A stretch of DNA of 64,000 bases from Naegleria gruberi (taxonomy: Eukaryota): assembly GCA_000004985.1 (NCBI GenBank), contig GG738854.1. One strand, 5' to 3'. Each line of letters starts with the position of its first letter. Within the stretch, counting starts at the first letter, position 1. Below the pieces are notes generated by a model. The model worked only from the letters and a program-made list of their open reading frames with translations, was not told the origin of the DNA and ran no database searches. Shown here piece by piece: positions 32,166 to 44,772 of the stretch. Made by a program: the position numbers and the translations under genes.

Positions 32166-34010
32166 ATGTCCCTAGTAATTTTGATCACAATTATTGTTCT
32201 GTTGATTACAGGTGTTTCGAGTCAGTTGTCTGCACAACTGTTATCAAATGAAACTCTTCCAATTCTAAGTCAGTTCATCTATCCAGAGAATGAATGTTTG
32301 ACACTTCCACCGATCACACAATTCTACTATCCTTTCATGTTTAGTTTAGATTCGAATTACTTTGATTATTGTAAACTGCCTTCTCTTAACAATGCTCCAA
32401 AGGAATTTTACGCAAATTCATGGCTGATTCAACAAATAACACAAAATGAAAATGTTTGTGTCGACATTTTGTGTTCATCCAATACTGAATGGGATTTTAC
32501 AAACAAGACTCAAGTTTCGAATTTAGGAATTTTATGGAATTTTTGTTTAATGTGTGAAAATTCACAATCAGCACTATTTAGAAAAGCCATCGATACCAAT
32601 AATTGTACAGCTCTCACTTTTATTAATTCTTCTTTATCATCAAGTGAATTTATTTCTAATTTTGGAAGAATTTCTTCTTTTCATTGTAATGGAAATGAAA
32701 ATAGGAATCACTTTGGATTTTTTGATTACAACTTTCTGCAGAGTGAATATTTTGTAAATACTTTCAATGCCTTCAAGAAGGACAGATTTCAACAAACTTT
32801 CACAAATGTTAAAGATGCTGTGAAATCTGTCAACCTGCCAACACTGATGACATTTTATTTTGAAAAGTATTTCAATATGGAAAGGTTGGAGCAAGAGAGC
32901 AGGCCACTAAATGTACCTATTACTTGTTGGTGTGATTACAGAACAAAGAGGGAGTTTAGTTTTCAATGTTATGATTTTTATCATAGTTGGCAGCTGACTA
33001 TTTCATATCGAGTTTCAGTATTTATTCTTGCTTTTGTGTATGGAGGTGTATTTCTGTATCTAACGAGTTTCATTTTGATACCAAGAGTAGTGGAGAGAAT
33101 AGTTTCTTTCAAGAAGCGACCTGATATCAAGCTTCTCCCAATTTGGAAAAAGACTCTTTTCTTTTTAAGGCATTTCTTTGATATTGTTGTACAGCCACCC
33201 ATTTTCTTTGCAATTTCTTCATTCACAGGCTTTATAGAAAACTTTCTTCGATTTCTATTCAACTTTCGAGGTGTCCTTCCATTATATCAAGTTTATTTTC
33301 CTGGAATATTTCGTGGATTGGCTGCAATTTTCATGATCTGTGGTTATTCCTCATTGATTATCTCATGGTCACATGTAATTGACATGTCCAAACGAAAGGG
33401 TACCTCTCAATCCTCCAACAAACTCTCAAAAGTCAATGCCATCATTCTCAGCTTATTCTACATTGCCATGTTACTTGTTGGAATCATTACGGTAATTGTT
33501 TTTGTGGTAGTGAAGAATTATGCACCTGCTTGGATATTACTTTCTGCAGCAGTGATGATCTACTTGTTGACCTTTGTGATTGGATTTGCCTTTTATGGTG
33601 TGAAAATTTTGATTCAATTGAGAGGGTCGAAAGGTTCCTTACTGGAATACAAGTTTACCAAGTTTATTCTATACGAAACTGCACTTTTCATAATTGGATG
33701 GCTGGTTTCATTGTTCATGTTAACTACTTACATTTTTGGTTATGATTCAATGACATTATTTTGGGGATTGAATAGAAATATATTTATGGACTGTTCTTTG
33801 AATGCAGTGCTCATACTTTCGTCCTATATTACCTTCAATGATACGGCTTTTGTTTTAGTTTATGGAAAAAAGGCACTTTCTATTGTTTCATTCATTGGAA
33901 CTTGTGGAAGATCCTATTCGAAAGCAAAGAATGCCAAAGCTCAAGAAAAACCTCTCGAAGAAACTCAAACCGAATCCAAAGACCCACAAACATCAACACC
34001 CACCATTTAA
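32166..34010 (+). CDS. orphan seven-transmembrane (GPCR-like) receptor with signal peptide and ~270-aa Cys-rich N-terminal ectodomain
   Basis: 614 aa. Signal peptide MSLVILITIIVLLITGVSS. Ectodomain with about 20 Cys. Seven hydrophobic helices between about aa 280 and 570 (VSVFILAFVYGGVFLYLTSFILIP, FFAISSFTGFIENFL, GLAAIFMICGYSSLIISW, AIILSLFYIAMLLVGIITVIVFVVV, WILLSAAVMIYLLTFVIGFAFYGV, ALFIIGWLVSLFMLTTYIFG, LNAVLILSSYITFNDTAFVLVYG), then a short cytoplasmic tail. Confidence 0.55.
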   Translation: MSLVILITIIVLLITGVSSQLSAQLLSNETLPILSQFIYPENECLTLPPITQFYYPFMFSLDSNYFDYCKLPSLNNAPKEFYANSWLIQQITQNENVCVDILCSSNTEWDFTNKTQVSNLGILWNFCLMCENSQSALFRKAIDTNNCTALTFINSSLSSSEFISNFGRISSFHCNGNENRNHFGFFDYNFLQSEYFVNTFNAFKKDRFQQTFTNVKDAVKSVNLPTLMTFYFEKYFNMERLEQESRPLNVPITCWCDYRTKREFSFQCYDFYHSWQLTISYRVSVFILAFVYGGVFLYLTSFILIPRVVERIVSFKKRPDIKLLPIWKKTLFFLRHFFDIVVQPPIFFAISSFTGFIENFLRFLFNFRGVLPLYQVYFPGIFRGLAAIFMICGYSSLIISWSHVIDMSKRKGTSQSSNKLSKVNAIILSLFYIAMLLVGIITVIVFVVVKNYAPAWILLSAAVMIYLLTFVIGFAFYGVKILIQLRGSKGSLLEYKFTKFILYETALFIIGWLVSLFMLTTYIFGYDSMTLFWGLNRNIFMDCSLNAVLILSSYITFNDTAFVLVYGKKALSIVSFIGTCGRSYSKAKNAKAQEKPLEETQTESKDPQTSTPTI

Positions 34011-34149
34011 CCAATGTTTAAAGCTTCTATTGGAAACGTCAATGAAATTCCTCGAAAAACAACCATATATAAAATTGGCCAATTTTTGTTGTATGAAGGA
34101 AATTTGGCGCCAAAACTGAAATCCTTACTAAAATAAAACACAAAAAAAA

Positions 34150-34790
34150 ATGGACTACTACAACGGAAGCTTTTATGGCAATGATAAGATTGAATCGGAA
34201 CCTTCTCAGATTGAATTGTTGAGTGGGTTGATAGAGGAAAGTGAAACGGTGGAGAAAAAGTCAAATCCAGAAATTGAAAGAAGTAAGAGAGAGGAAGAAG
34301 ATTATTGGAGAAAGAGACGATTGGAGGAGGAACGTGTTTTGAGTAGAATTGATAAGGGAGAGGATGAGGATAATGATGTCGACTATGCAAGTGTTTCAGG
34401 CCATTGTATAATTGAGGAAGTTGATAAACTGAAAGGAACAAAGGCAGCAAAGTTAGATCCTAATATTTGGACTGCAGAAGATTTGGAATTTTTGGATGAT
34501 AATCAGGGAGATAACAGAGAAACACCAGAGTAGGTTTCTAATTATCATAATGTATTTAACCAATTGTCTAGTTATGATGTTGTTTATCAGCAACAGGTTT
34601 CTTCGAGTGATGTTTACTTGGGAATGGACCCAGAAAAAGATCCATCAACAATGAGTAGTGATGCTATTGCTTACTCAATCAAGTTGCCAAAGACTGAGAA
34701 GATGTCTGAGATAGAATTAAACATTTCTTCAAGATCATTTTCAATCAAATCAGAGCATTAGTAAGTTTTAACAATTACAGCTTTTATGAT
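34150..34790 (+). CDS. hypothetical acidic protein, 2-3 exons
   Basis: ORF 34150-34533 ends at GTAGGT. The acceptor at about 34569 continues ORF 34564-34761, and a further GTAAGT at about 34762 may add a short terminal exon. No domain recognised. Confidence 0.3.
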
Positions 34791-34974
34791 TAACTCGATT
34801 CAGTATTCTTGGAGTTTCATTTCCTCAACCAGTACTGGATAATGAAGCAAAGGCAAAATGGAATTCAAAAACAAAATGCCTTTCTCTATCAGTACCTTTT
34901 GTAAAATAATTTGTAAATAATTTACTTTTTATCATTTCTTTATTGATATGTTTTACAAAGGATAAAGTTAAAAA

Positions 34975-37476
34975 ATGTCCCAACATAATCCCTCTTGCTC
35001 TCTCGCCGACCTTCCGACAGAAATTCATCATACCATCTTTTACTATCTAGACTATATTCGAGATATTTGTTGTGATCAGTTATTGTTTGTTCCGATAATA
35101 GAAATACCATCAACATTGGACGAATTTGAACAGAATATTAACGTGGAGGAATTTATTGATTTTGAACAGCCCAGTAGAGTACCTTTCTTTTTAGCTTGTC
35201 GATCATTGTTAAAATCGGTAAAATCATTCAGACCAACTATTCTAAATTTGAGTGTCTTTTCAGAGAAGAAACTGTGCAACTATTATTTAGATAATGTATA
35301 CAGAGAGTCGTTACGTAGCTTTCCGTGGTTTAGAAGTTCACAACCTTTCTCATTTAGTACTAGTGATTGGATGGATATTTTTATTGAACTTTTTGCAAAG
35401 ATGAAAAGGTTTTGTAAGACTAACCCCTTGTCAAAAGTGGAATTTGTTTCCTTTTCTACTAATGTTGGAAGAAATTATTCTTCAAATTATGGATATTTCA
35501 ATTTTTTTAATTATTTTGAAAAACTATTAGTAGATCACCTGCCTACTGTTAAATATGCACTATTTGGTTTCAATCCTTCCTTATACTTTCCCATTGCAAG
35601 TGAAAAATTCAAGTCAATCACCACTATTTATACATCCCTATCAGATTATCACCACTCAAGTTTAGCACAACTGAATAATGTCTACTGGACATCAATGGAG
35701 TACGAAAGAAACCAGGTGGTTCCATTCGAGAAGTTAAAAAATGTGTTTCCCCTTAATTACCCAACTAATATTGAAATATTCCTCTACAATTCCATTATGT
35801 CAAATAATTTCCCAGAATCGGATTACATTATTACCAATTTTACCATTGATGTCAATTTATTTTCTTATCTCTGGAATATTAGATCCGATATTAGGAGAGA
35901 AATCTTTGTGGACAGTCTCAAACAAATTATGGACACACTGAATAATATTTACCAAAAATATCCATCTTTTAGGATGTTTAAAATTCCAATAGACAGTATA
36001 GAAAATTTAAAGCTAATTCTATCATATCCATTTGTCGATATTAGCGTCGGTAAAAACATTACAAAACTATTTTTAATACGTATTAATCAAGAAGATGTTC
36101 AATCCTTATCTAGAGATTATAATATAGATTTCTCAAAACTTGGTAATCACAAATTCTCTGCTGCTTGCTTTGAAGAAGCAAGTAAATTGTCAGTGCAGAA
36201 AACGTGTGACATTTTTGGCGTATCTACATCTATGTTTAAACGTACTTTGGACAAAGACACTAATATTAACGAAAAGGACAAGTTTGGAAATAATATCCTC
36301 CATTATTTAAGTGTTACACCAATTAAAATTGATAACTTGATGGAATTCCTTTCAGAAGATGAAATTAAAATACTTGGACAAGAACCAAACATGTTTGGTG
36401 TCACTCCTAATGAAATAGCTATTCTAAAGGACAGTAACATCAAGATCAAAAGGCTTAACAATAAGTTCAATTTTGAAGGTTTGGTTAAAACTGGCATATC
36501 AATTTACCCTAGACTTGTACAGTATGATGGCTTTGAAATTAATGAAAGAATTTTAACTGCATTAGTACATAATTTCAAACCCAATGAGTATAACTATGAT
36601 GAATATAGAGATATTAATTATAGAGATGTGAATGGAAAGCATCTAGTCCACTATTCACCGTATTGTTTTAGTGAAAAAATAACGAAACTTTTGGATATAC
36701 CATTGAAAGATCTTGTCTTTTGCAAAGATAATAATCAATCTATACCAATTCAAATATATAATTATAGCTATTATGTAGCTTTGGATTATTTGGGAAAGAT
36801 TGAGAACATGCCTAAATTGAACTTTATTTCCTATACTGATGACTTTGAAATGTGTAGATATTTATATTTATTTCTTCACCAATCCCTTAATATTAATACT
36901 CATTTAATGGTAGAGGAAGCCAAAAGTTTAGGGTTTGATTACTCTTCAGGACATCCCGAACTTGTATCATTGTGCTCTCATTATTTAGATGGACTCTATC
37001 ATTTTACAATTGAAAAAAGCTCTTTAAAACAATTAAGAAATATCAAATATTTTGGATGTGTTGATGGAGATGATTTTTCGCATTATGTAGTGAGATTTTT
37101 TTTGGATTTCATTAAGAAAAATCTAGGAAGATATATAGACTATTCAATGTTACAAGCTTTAATTGCTAGAGGATTGAAACTTGATGTTGTACGAAACTCG
37201 GAGGGACAAACAGCTTTTGATTTGTTGGAATTCAAAGGAACACGAATAATTTTGAAACATGTGAAACAATTAAAGGAAGTTTGCAGACAGGGTCTGAGTA
37301 ACAAATCTAAAGCTTTACCCAAATTCTCCATTCACTACAAAGATATCCCCAAAGATCTAATATTGGAAGAATCCGAAACCAAACTCATTCTAAAAACAAA
37401 TACTGTTTCATCATTCAAAATTGGAATCAAAAGAAGGTTATATTTTGAATATCGAAGTAGTAGAAATATGAAATGA
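34975..37476 (+). CDS. F-box protein with ankyrin-like repeats (833 aa)
   Basis: N-terminal F-box (LADLPTEIHHTIFYYLDYIRDI). Ankyrin-like units in the C-terminal half (DKFGNNILHYLSV..., GVTPNEIAILKDS, DVNGKHLVHYSP, GQTAFDLLEF). Confidence 0.45.
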   Translation: MSQHNPSCSLADLPTEIHHTIFYYLDYIRDICCDQLLFVPIIEIPSTLDEFEQNINVEEFIDFEQPSRVPFFLACRSLLKSVKSFRPTILNLSVFSEKKLCNYYLDNVYRESLRSFPWFRSSQPFSFSTSDWMDIFIELFAKMKRFCKTNPLSKVEFVSFSTNVGRNYSSNYGYFNFFNYFEKLLVDHLPTVKYALFGFNPSLYFPIASEKFKSITTIYTSLSDYHHSSLAQLNNVYWTSMEYERNQVVPFEKLKNVFPLNYPTNIEIFLYNSIMSNNFPESDYIITNFTIDVNLFSYLWNIRSDIRREIFVDSLKQIMDTLNNIYQKYPSFRMFKIPIDSIENLKLILSYPFVDISVGKNITKLFLIRINQEDVQSLSRDYNIDFSKLGNHKFSAACFEEASKLSVQKTCDIFGVSTSMFKRTLDKDTNINEKDKFGNNILHYLSVTPIKIDNLMEFLSEDEIKILGQEPNMFGVTPNEIAILKDSNIKIKRLNNKFNFEGLVKTGISIYPRLVQYDGFEINERILTALVHNFKPNEYNYDEYRDINYRDVNGKHLVHYSPYCFSEKITKLLDIPLKDLVFCKDNNQSIPIQIYNYSYYVALDYLGKIENMPKLNFISYTDDFEMCRYLYLFLHQSLNINTHLMVEEAKSLGFDYSSGHPELVSLCSHYLDGLYHFTIEKSSLKQLRNIKYFGCVDGDDFSHYVVRFFLDFIKKNLGRYIDYSMLQALIARGLKLDVVRNSEGQTAFDLLEFKGTRIILKHVKQLKEVCRQGLSNKSKALPKFSIHYKDIPKDLILEESETKLILKTNTVSSFKIGIKRRLYFEYRSSRNMK

Positions 37477-37478
37477 TT

Positions 37479-39497
37479 TTATTGCTCACTAATAACCATT
37501 TGTTTCTCAGCCAACTTTCTATAAATTCCATCTTGAACATTCAGTAAATCTGAATGAAGACCAGATTCCTTAATCTCTCCCTTAACAAGCACATAAATAA
37601 CATCACAATTCTGAACAGTTGACAATCTGTGAGCAATGGAAATGGAAGTTCTTCCTTTCATGAGAGTTTCAAGAGCTGCCTGAACAAGAGCTTCTGATTC
37701 CGTATCGAGAGCTGAGGTTGCTTCGTCCAATAGAAGAACTTTGGGATTTTGTAAAAGAGCTCTAGCAATAGCAACACGCTGCTTTTGTCCACCTGAGAGA
37801 GAAACGCCTTTCTCACCAAGTAAGGTGTTATATCCATTTGGAAGATCTACAATGAAATTGTGACAATTGGCAGCTCTTGCAGCTTTTTCAATCTCTTGAT
37901 CTGTTACATTTTCAATACCAACTGCATAAGCAATGTTTTCCCTAATAGAACAGGCAAATAATACTGGTTCCTGAGTCACAATTCCAACTAGTAATTGTTA
38001 TGAATTAACTATTATAGAGTCAACTTACTGTTCTTGTGCAACCATGCAGAATCAATTTCCTTAATATCCACTCCATCAATAAGCACTGATCCTTCTTGTG
38101 GATCATAAAATCTTTCCAACAATCCAACAATTGTACTCTTACCAGATCCGGATGGTCCAACTAGAGCAATCGATTGTCCAACTTCAATATTCAATGAAAA
38201 ATCTTCCAAAACTTTCACATCAGGACGAGAAGGGTAAGAAAATTTAACATTTCTGAATTCAATTTTACCAACATTCTCACCCAAACTCTTTCCTCCAGTT
38301 GTTGGAATGGCTGGTTTTCTTTTAATTACAAGTAGAAGTGTTCTGTGAGAGGCCAATGCTTTGGAAATGTCTGGTAACATGATAAATCCTTGTGCCATTG
38401 AAAAAATACTTTACAATTGGTCAACCTTGATTGTTTGAACAACAACTTACGCAAAAAGCAATAATCCAAATACCTTAACAAGGTCTCCTATTGTGATTAC
38501 TCCATCAATAACCAAATTTCCTCTTTAAATATGTTAAATATAACCAAAACAAGCAAACATATACTTACGCATACCAAAAAGCAAGTGAGCTAGTTCCCCA
38601 CATGATCAAATTCTCAGCACCCATACTCACTCCTTGTGTTAGAGCCTTCAACAAACCATACAAGTGAAGTTTCTTCAATATACTTGCAAATTGCAATTGT
38701 TCCCTCCCTTCAACTCCCATACTTTTCACAGTTTTAAAGGAAGAAACAACCTCATTGGCTTTGGAAGCACTTTTTGAAATGACATTTCCTGATCGGACAG
38801 TCAATACTTCAGTAAACTTTCCCATTACACCTCCAATAACAAGCATAAGTGGAACTGTTGAAATTGAAACAAGTGACATTTGCCAACTGCTTACAAAAGC
38901 AAGAACTAGGCCAATAATGATGGTTGTCAAATGTTGCATGAGTGTAGATAGCTTGTTTGTCCATGCGTCTTGAATTTTAGAGATGTCATCACTCAATGGA
39001 AGAGTCAAAGCTCCTGTTTTCTTAATATCAAAGAATGCAACATCTTGATTAGTCAATTGGTTGAAATAACTTTTTCTCAAAGTGATTCCAATTCTTTCAT
39101 TGGCCCAACTCAAGAAAAATTGAGCTGTAAAGCTTGCCACCATACTACCAATTGCAACATAGGTAAACTTTAAGGAAATATCAGAGATGGCAGCTCTCAT
39201 GACATCAGTGGAAGGCATTACTCCATTGACAGGTTGGAAAATGTTGATTAAATCTCCAAATATAAATTGGAAGATTAACATAATAACACCATTTCCCATC
39301 GATCCAAGCATTCCTAACAAGATTAGAAACCATGTCCATCCAAACAACTTGAAAATTCTAAAGTGATCAAAGAAATAAAGTTTAGGCTCCCTTTCGTCTT
39401 TGATTTCTTCATTTTGTGGTTTTTCTGGAGCAGAGTTTGGCAAAGTATCCATGGTGGAGGTACTTGCTCCTTCTTTTTGATTTGAATTAATTGACAT
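37479..39497 (-). CDS. ABC transporter, ABCB-type half-transporter (TMD-NBD); about 4-5 exons
   Basis: Exon 38572-39497 is the TMD (six-helix region, ...[18 protein letters not shown]...). A small exon at about 38452-38520 reads [15 protein letters not shown]. Exon 38012-38398 carries Walker [23 protein letters not shown]. Exon 37479-37979 has [10 protein letters not shown], the signature [15 protein letters not shown], Walker [13 protein letters not shown] and the H-loop [14 protein letters not shown] donors are visible at about 38026 and 38571. Confidence 0.8.
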
Positions 39498-40871
39498 TTT
39501 CTTTTTGAATTGGTGAATAAAGTGAAGTTTCTATGCTCGTTTAAATAGTCAAGAAAAATAAATTGTGCTCCTCGGATTAGGGTGAGGGTTTTTGTAAAGT
39601 TGACTATTCAACTAATTTGCGCATTTTCCTTCATGATATTGAAGTAGATATTAATAGACTTGATTTTCAAAAAACTCGAATTTTCCCACCATGGCACGTT
39701 TTGATATAATTAATCATCAATTCTACTGGATCGTTATTTGTTGCATTGTAAAGGGAAAGAGCTTTCTAAATTCCTCTTCTGTAACATTGTTTTCTGAAAT
39801 ATCATGATTGGCAGTATCCAATAGGTATTCTGAGATTCTTCAGAAGTCTTGTTTTCGTTAGCCTCCATCCATAATGGATAGACGTAATTTGTATTGTTCA
39901 ATTTTGTCTTGTAGATTTGAAGATGGGAAACTGGCTTTCTAAGTTGTTCGTGTTGCCAATATTTCACCCACACAACATATCTACACAATATTCCTCCCAA
40001 CAAAAGATATCCAATCCTAGCATCAAACTTGACCTCAATTATTTTTCTCAATTCGGAATTATCACACCAATATTTTTATTCAAATAATTTCTTACTAAGT
40101 TTCGAATGACGCAAGTAACTGATGTTGTAGTTCATGATTTATAAAATTGTTTATCATTTTAAATCATGATTATTTAATGGATTTGGTTAATGGAGATATC
40201 TTTTTATTAGCCAGAATTTGATTTAACCATTTTCAAAGAACAGCACCATAGTAAATATGACTTTACAAAATCCATTAAACGAATATTCCACACAATAATA
40301 TTAGTCAGTTACCATATATAGTTTTTAAGCAAGGTTCCACATCGCACTTAGATGATTCCCAAAAACATCCACATTAACCCGCTTATTCAACCAGACTAAC
40401 CACCAACTGACTTAGAACTTCGTTCTCTGCTTGTAACATCATCGGGTAAGAAGATACTTTGCCAACATTCATCTTTTACATTAATAAAAATTGATGATGA
40501 AGTAGGGAATCGAGATTGTTTAATCGGAATCCAATATTGATGAATTTCCATTAAGAAGAACTTTTAATTCATCCACCCCAACGTTTTCTTACCAACAAAT
40601 GACTGAGAAAAGAAGCAAAAACCCTTATCTTTTTATCATGCTCTTGATGATTCGTTAATCGGTTTCTTAATGTCTCTTGTCAAATTGAGAGAATTGTAAT
40701 CTCAACACCCTAGAACCTCAATAATTATTTTTACGATCCTCAACCATGACGACGAACCAACCAGAAATTACCTCATTCCTCAGTTTCGTCCTGCCTTCTC
40801 ACGCAGCGAAACTAAACCCTCAACGCCAGACGCTGTCAGCAATCACACAGCCCTAAAAAAAAACCTCAACG

Positions 40872-43267
40872 TTGCTCTCTGTTCAACAAACAAAAAACCT
40901 TTATAAAATGAGTGAAGCAGCAATTCTCAACGCTCAGCCTGTAAGGACATTGGTCAAGGAAGAGGAAATGCCAAATGTCACCACATCAAGTACTTCATCT
41001 TCACCTACAAACAATAATTTACCATCAATTAATAAGCAAGAATCCGATCAGAGTGATGCTACTGAAGCCTTATCGTCCTTCAATAAGACTTTGCTTGATC
41101 AAGAAGCACACGATGGCTTGCTTGGCTTGGCACAATGTAAGTTACTTGAGAATATTTATTCTAATATTATTCTAATAATATTATTCGAAATTCGATGATG
41201 ATACTTTCGCAATCCTGTGATCCACTCTTTGCTCTCCTCTGAACTTCCTTAATTTAAATTGATGTGATGATCATATTTTTACCGCGGTCCAAACTATTCG
41301 AAACTCTCATTTTTCACTTTGGTTACTTCTTGCCCTCACGTACCATGCTGGTTCATCTTGATGATTCTTTGCAATCCATCATGCCAACAATGCATGTGTT
41401 GATGAAATATTCATGCCCTCAATTCTACATTCTAATAACATCATTCTATACTATCCACCACACATTATCTTTCATCATTTCCAAAATAATAATTTACTCC
41501 CTTTCTCCCTTCTCTTTCTCTCTAGTAAATCATCAAGATCATATTAGTGATAGTGATGAAGACGAAAATGAAAGTGTTTCCAAAGTGAGTGCCTTGTACT
41601 CACTTTTACAAGATGATTCTGATGATGGAGAACATGTTAGCTCATTGCCACCATCAGCTACTGTAGGAACCAATACACCATCATTGGCCAATACTCATTT
41701 GGCAAAGAGAGCTTCCCGAATGTTGGCTGCTCAACAAGAATCATCTGCTGTTTCGAATAGTAAAGGTTCATCAACACCAACTCCAAGAAAGAGAAAGACA
41801 TCACGTAGAAGTGCTATGGAAGATGATGAAATTGCCGATGCAGGAGCAATGGAAGGTGATGATGATGAATATATTGCCGATGCAGGTGAAGAAGATGATG
41901 AAGAAATGGCATTGGCAGGTGTCAAGAAACGTAGCAGTACCAGAAGAGAAAGAAGTCCAGGTCTCGGAGCTAGTGCTGCCTCTTCTTCTTCTAATAGAAT
42001 GGATACTAATGAAGATGAAGTCATTTCTGAAGAAGATTTGATTCATTGCGTTGTTTGTAGGAGAAGCAATTTACAAGTCAATTTCAAGAAGAATTACACA
42101 ATTAACACAAATAATTACAAGACTTATTGTGATACTTTCCCTCAACAATCCGAACAAATTCCAAAACCAAGAGATGGTGAATCTCTTTCTGTATGTTCAA
42201 CTTGTTATAATAAGCAATGGAGATTTGCTCGTGGTCAATACGATCCTAATAAGAAGTAAGTTTAATTCATCACCTTTTCAAATTCTAATAACATTTTGAA
42301 ACAATTATGAATATTGATGAATATTAATAGTCGTGTTGTGAATAAGAGAGAAGGTCTCAAGCATCCACCAAAACTAAAGGATTCCCCACGTCTTGGATCC
42401 GAGGGTGGTGAAACTCCAACTCTTGGTTCCTCCACTCCAAATCTTGGTGAATCACCAGCAGTTGAAGGAAAGAAGAGAAAGGTCACAAAGAGAAGAGCTT
42501 CCACATCCACTACTGAAGATGCCCTCAATAATTCAACAACAACTATCAAGGATGAATCTGGTTCCACCACCACCACCACCACAACTAATGGTGATGAAGC
42601 AACCACAGTTGAAACCCCAAAGAAGAAAGCTAAGAGAGCCATCAAAGCCAAGAAAGTCCCAATTCCACCACCTCCTTCTACTCTCCCAACAAGTGAAGCA
42701 ACAACTGCTGCAGGACCATCTACAAGTGGAATTGCTGCTTCTGCAGTTGCTGCCAATATGGGAGCTTCATCAGTTCCAATCTCAACCCTCCTTCCAGGAA
42801 CTGTCACGCTTGCCAATGGAGCATCCACCACTGCCATTCCATCTCCATCTCCAAGTAAGAGAGGAAGAAAATCTAAGAACCCACCAGCTAATATTGGCGT
42901 TGTGTCTGGAGCTCCAGCAACTAGCTACAAGAAGGAAGAATCTCTTTCACCACCTCCTCCTCCAGTCATTTCCAACACTGCTCTCCTCATTAGTTACATG
43001 AAACGTATTAATGGAGTCTTGGAAGAAATTTATACCACCAAAATTGTGACACAAACCTGTCCAGACACAATCGAACAACTCAGAGATTTAGTAATGGAAA
43101 GATTAACTCAAAAGAAAGGCGACTTGTTTACTTTTGATCGTGCCTGTTGCAATTCAATTGATCGTTTCAACAATTCTATTAGAGTTGAAGTTGATGAATT
43201 CTTCTTTAAGGATGTCAAGCTCAATAATAATGATTCATTGTGTATCTATGTCAATGACAAACAATAA
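40872..43267 (+). CDS. hypothetical nuclear low-complexity protein (acidic, Ser/Thr/Pro-rich, basic patches, CxxC...CxxC zinc-ribbon-like element); 3 exons
   Basis: ORFs 40872-41198, 41264-42259 and 42314-43267 are linked by GTAAGT donors at about 41137 and about 42257. Contains CVVCRR...CSTCYNKQW, KRGRKSK/PRKRKTSRR basic motifs, and is locally GC-richer than its surroundings. Confidence 0.35.
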
Positions 43268-43443
43268 ACTTTCGTATCAAACAAAAACTAAACTCTTCAA
43301 ACTATCAAGAAGTTCCCTTTCAAAATGCAACTTACCTGTAATGTAGATGAAACTTTGAATTTGCCTTAGACAAGTTCAAACAAAGATGAACACGAGTTCA
43401 AAGTTCATCACTAAAATTGTACTTTTAAAGATCTGAAGCGAAA

Positions 43444-44772
43444 TTGGCAAAAAATCAAAAGAAAAAAATGTCAACAAGTAATAATAGCAATTCTTCAATC
43501 TTTGTGCGTCTTTTTGAGAAATTATATAGCATGTTGACCTCTCCTTTTAGATGGATTTGGTCAAAGGTTGTTCCATCATCAAATTCTTCATCTTCGTCTT
43601 TGGGAAAAACAAGCCTTGATGATAGATATGCTGGAGTGGCTAGTCAGAATCCTGGAAAGACAGTTATTGAATATCCTACATTGCCTGTTCATGAATTACC
43701 GAAAATATATGATGAGAAGGCTGGTTCCAGTTTTGTAAAGGATTTTGATATTGAATTGGATAGCTCGGAGGAAATACTCAAGTTTTTCAATGAGTTTGGT
43801 GTGGTTGTATTTAGGAATGTATTGAATGAGGAAGAGGTTGATAGATCATTGGATGATGTTTGGAATATTTTGGAAAAAGAAGAACATATGAAACCAAACG
43901 ATCCTGAAACTTGGAAGAAGGGATCAAGAATGGGAATTGTTGGGAATGATGTTTATTGGACAAGGGTCGGAATGGAAAATAGACAGAATGAAAAGTTGGT
44001 AAAATGTTTTGAGTTGGTGTATGGAATGGATAGATCAAAGTTGTGGACTAGTTTTGATAGAATTGGTGTTTTAAAGCCAACAGTTGATGTACCAGTTCCT
44101 TACAATGATTCAAACTCGCTTCCCAAATCTAGACAATTGAGTGAAATGCCTTCAGAAACAAGTCTTGTTCAAAAGAAGGAGTTGAAAACAGAATCTCAGT
44201 GGTTGCATTGGGATTTGAATCCTTACTACTGCTTGGGTGAATATCCAGCCCAAGCTGAAGATGAAAACGATAACAAGCAAATTATTGGAAGTAATCCAGA
44301 CTATTACTTTATTGTAGAGAATAATTCAAACTATGAAGTAATTAGATTGCAAGGTATTTTAGCTATTTCTGAAACCAGAGAGCAAGATGGAGGATTTGTT
44401 TGTGTACCTGGGTTCGTTCAACATGTAAAGGAATATGCAGAAAAATTGAGGGATTACAAACCTGGGCCAAGATGTACATTCCTCTCAGTGAGAAAGGAAG
44501 ATCCACTCATCTCACAAACCCAAAAAGTTCCAGTCAGAAAGGGATCTTTAATCATTTTCAACAGCTTACTTCCTCATGCTAATTTCCCAAATTCCTCTGA
44601 TAGATTCAGAGTTTGTCAATACATTAAGATGGTGCCAAAGAAGGGAAGTGAGGAATTCCAAAGGCTTAGAGCTACTATGGTCCATGATTTAATGTCTCAA
44701 GACTTTGTACCAAATGAGATTGGTAAGGAAGTCTTTGGATTTAATCTGCTGGATAAATATAAGCAACAATAA
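43444..44772 (+). CDS. phytanoyl-CoA dioxygenase (PhyH)-like 2-oxoglutarate/Fe(II) oxygenase
   Basis: 442 aa. Putative HxD (WLHWDLNPYY) and a distal His/Arg motif (GSLIIFNSLLPHANFPNSSDRFRVCQY) in the spacing typical of the PhyH family. Confidence 0.45.
   Translation: MAKNQKKKMSTSNNSNSSIFVRLFEKLYSMLTSPFRWIWSKVVPSSNSSSSSLGKTSLDDRYAGVASQNPGKTVIEYPTLPVHELPKIYDEKAGSSFVKDFDIELDSSEEILKFFNEFGVVVFRNVLNEEEVDRSLDDVWNILEKEEHMKPNDPETWKKGSRMGIVGNDVYWTRVGMENRQNEKLVKCFELVYGMDRSKLWTSFDRIGVLKPTVDVPVPYNDSNSLPKSRQLSEMPSETSLVQKKELKTESQWLHWDLNPYYCLGEYPAQAEDENDNKQIIGSNPDYYFIVENNSNYEVIRLQGILAISETREQDGGFVCVPGFVQHVKEYAEKLRDYKPGPRCTFLSVRKEDPLISQTQKVPVRKGSLIIFNSLLPHANFPNSSDRFRVCQYIKMVPKKGSEEFQRLRATMVHDLMSQDFVPNEIGKEVFGFNLLDKYKQQ

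Noticed and set aside
41500-43000. Locally GC-richer segment as a candidate horizontally acquired region
   Set aside because: It is exonic low-complexity coding sequence (Ser/Thr/Pro/Ala-rich, acidic runs) bounded by normal GTAAGT introns of the same gene. Codon and composition bias explains the GC shift.
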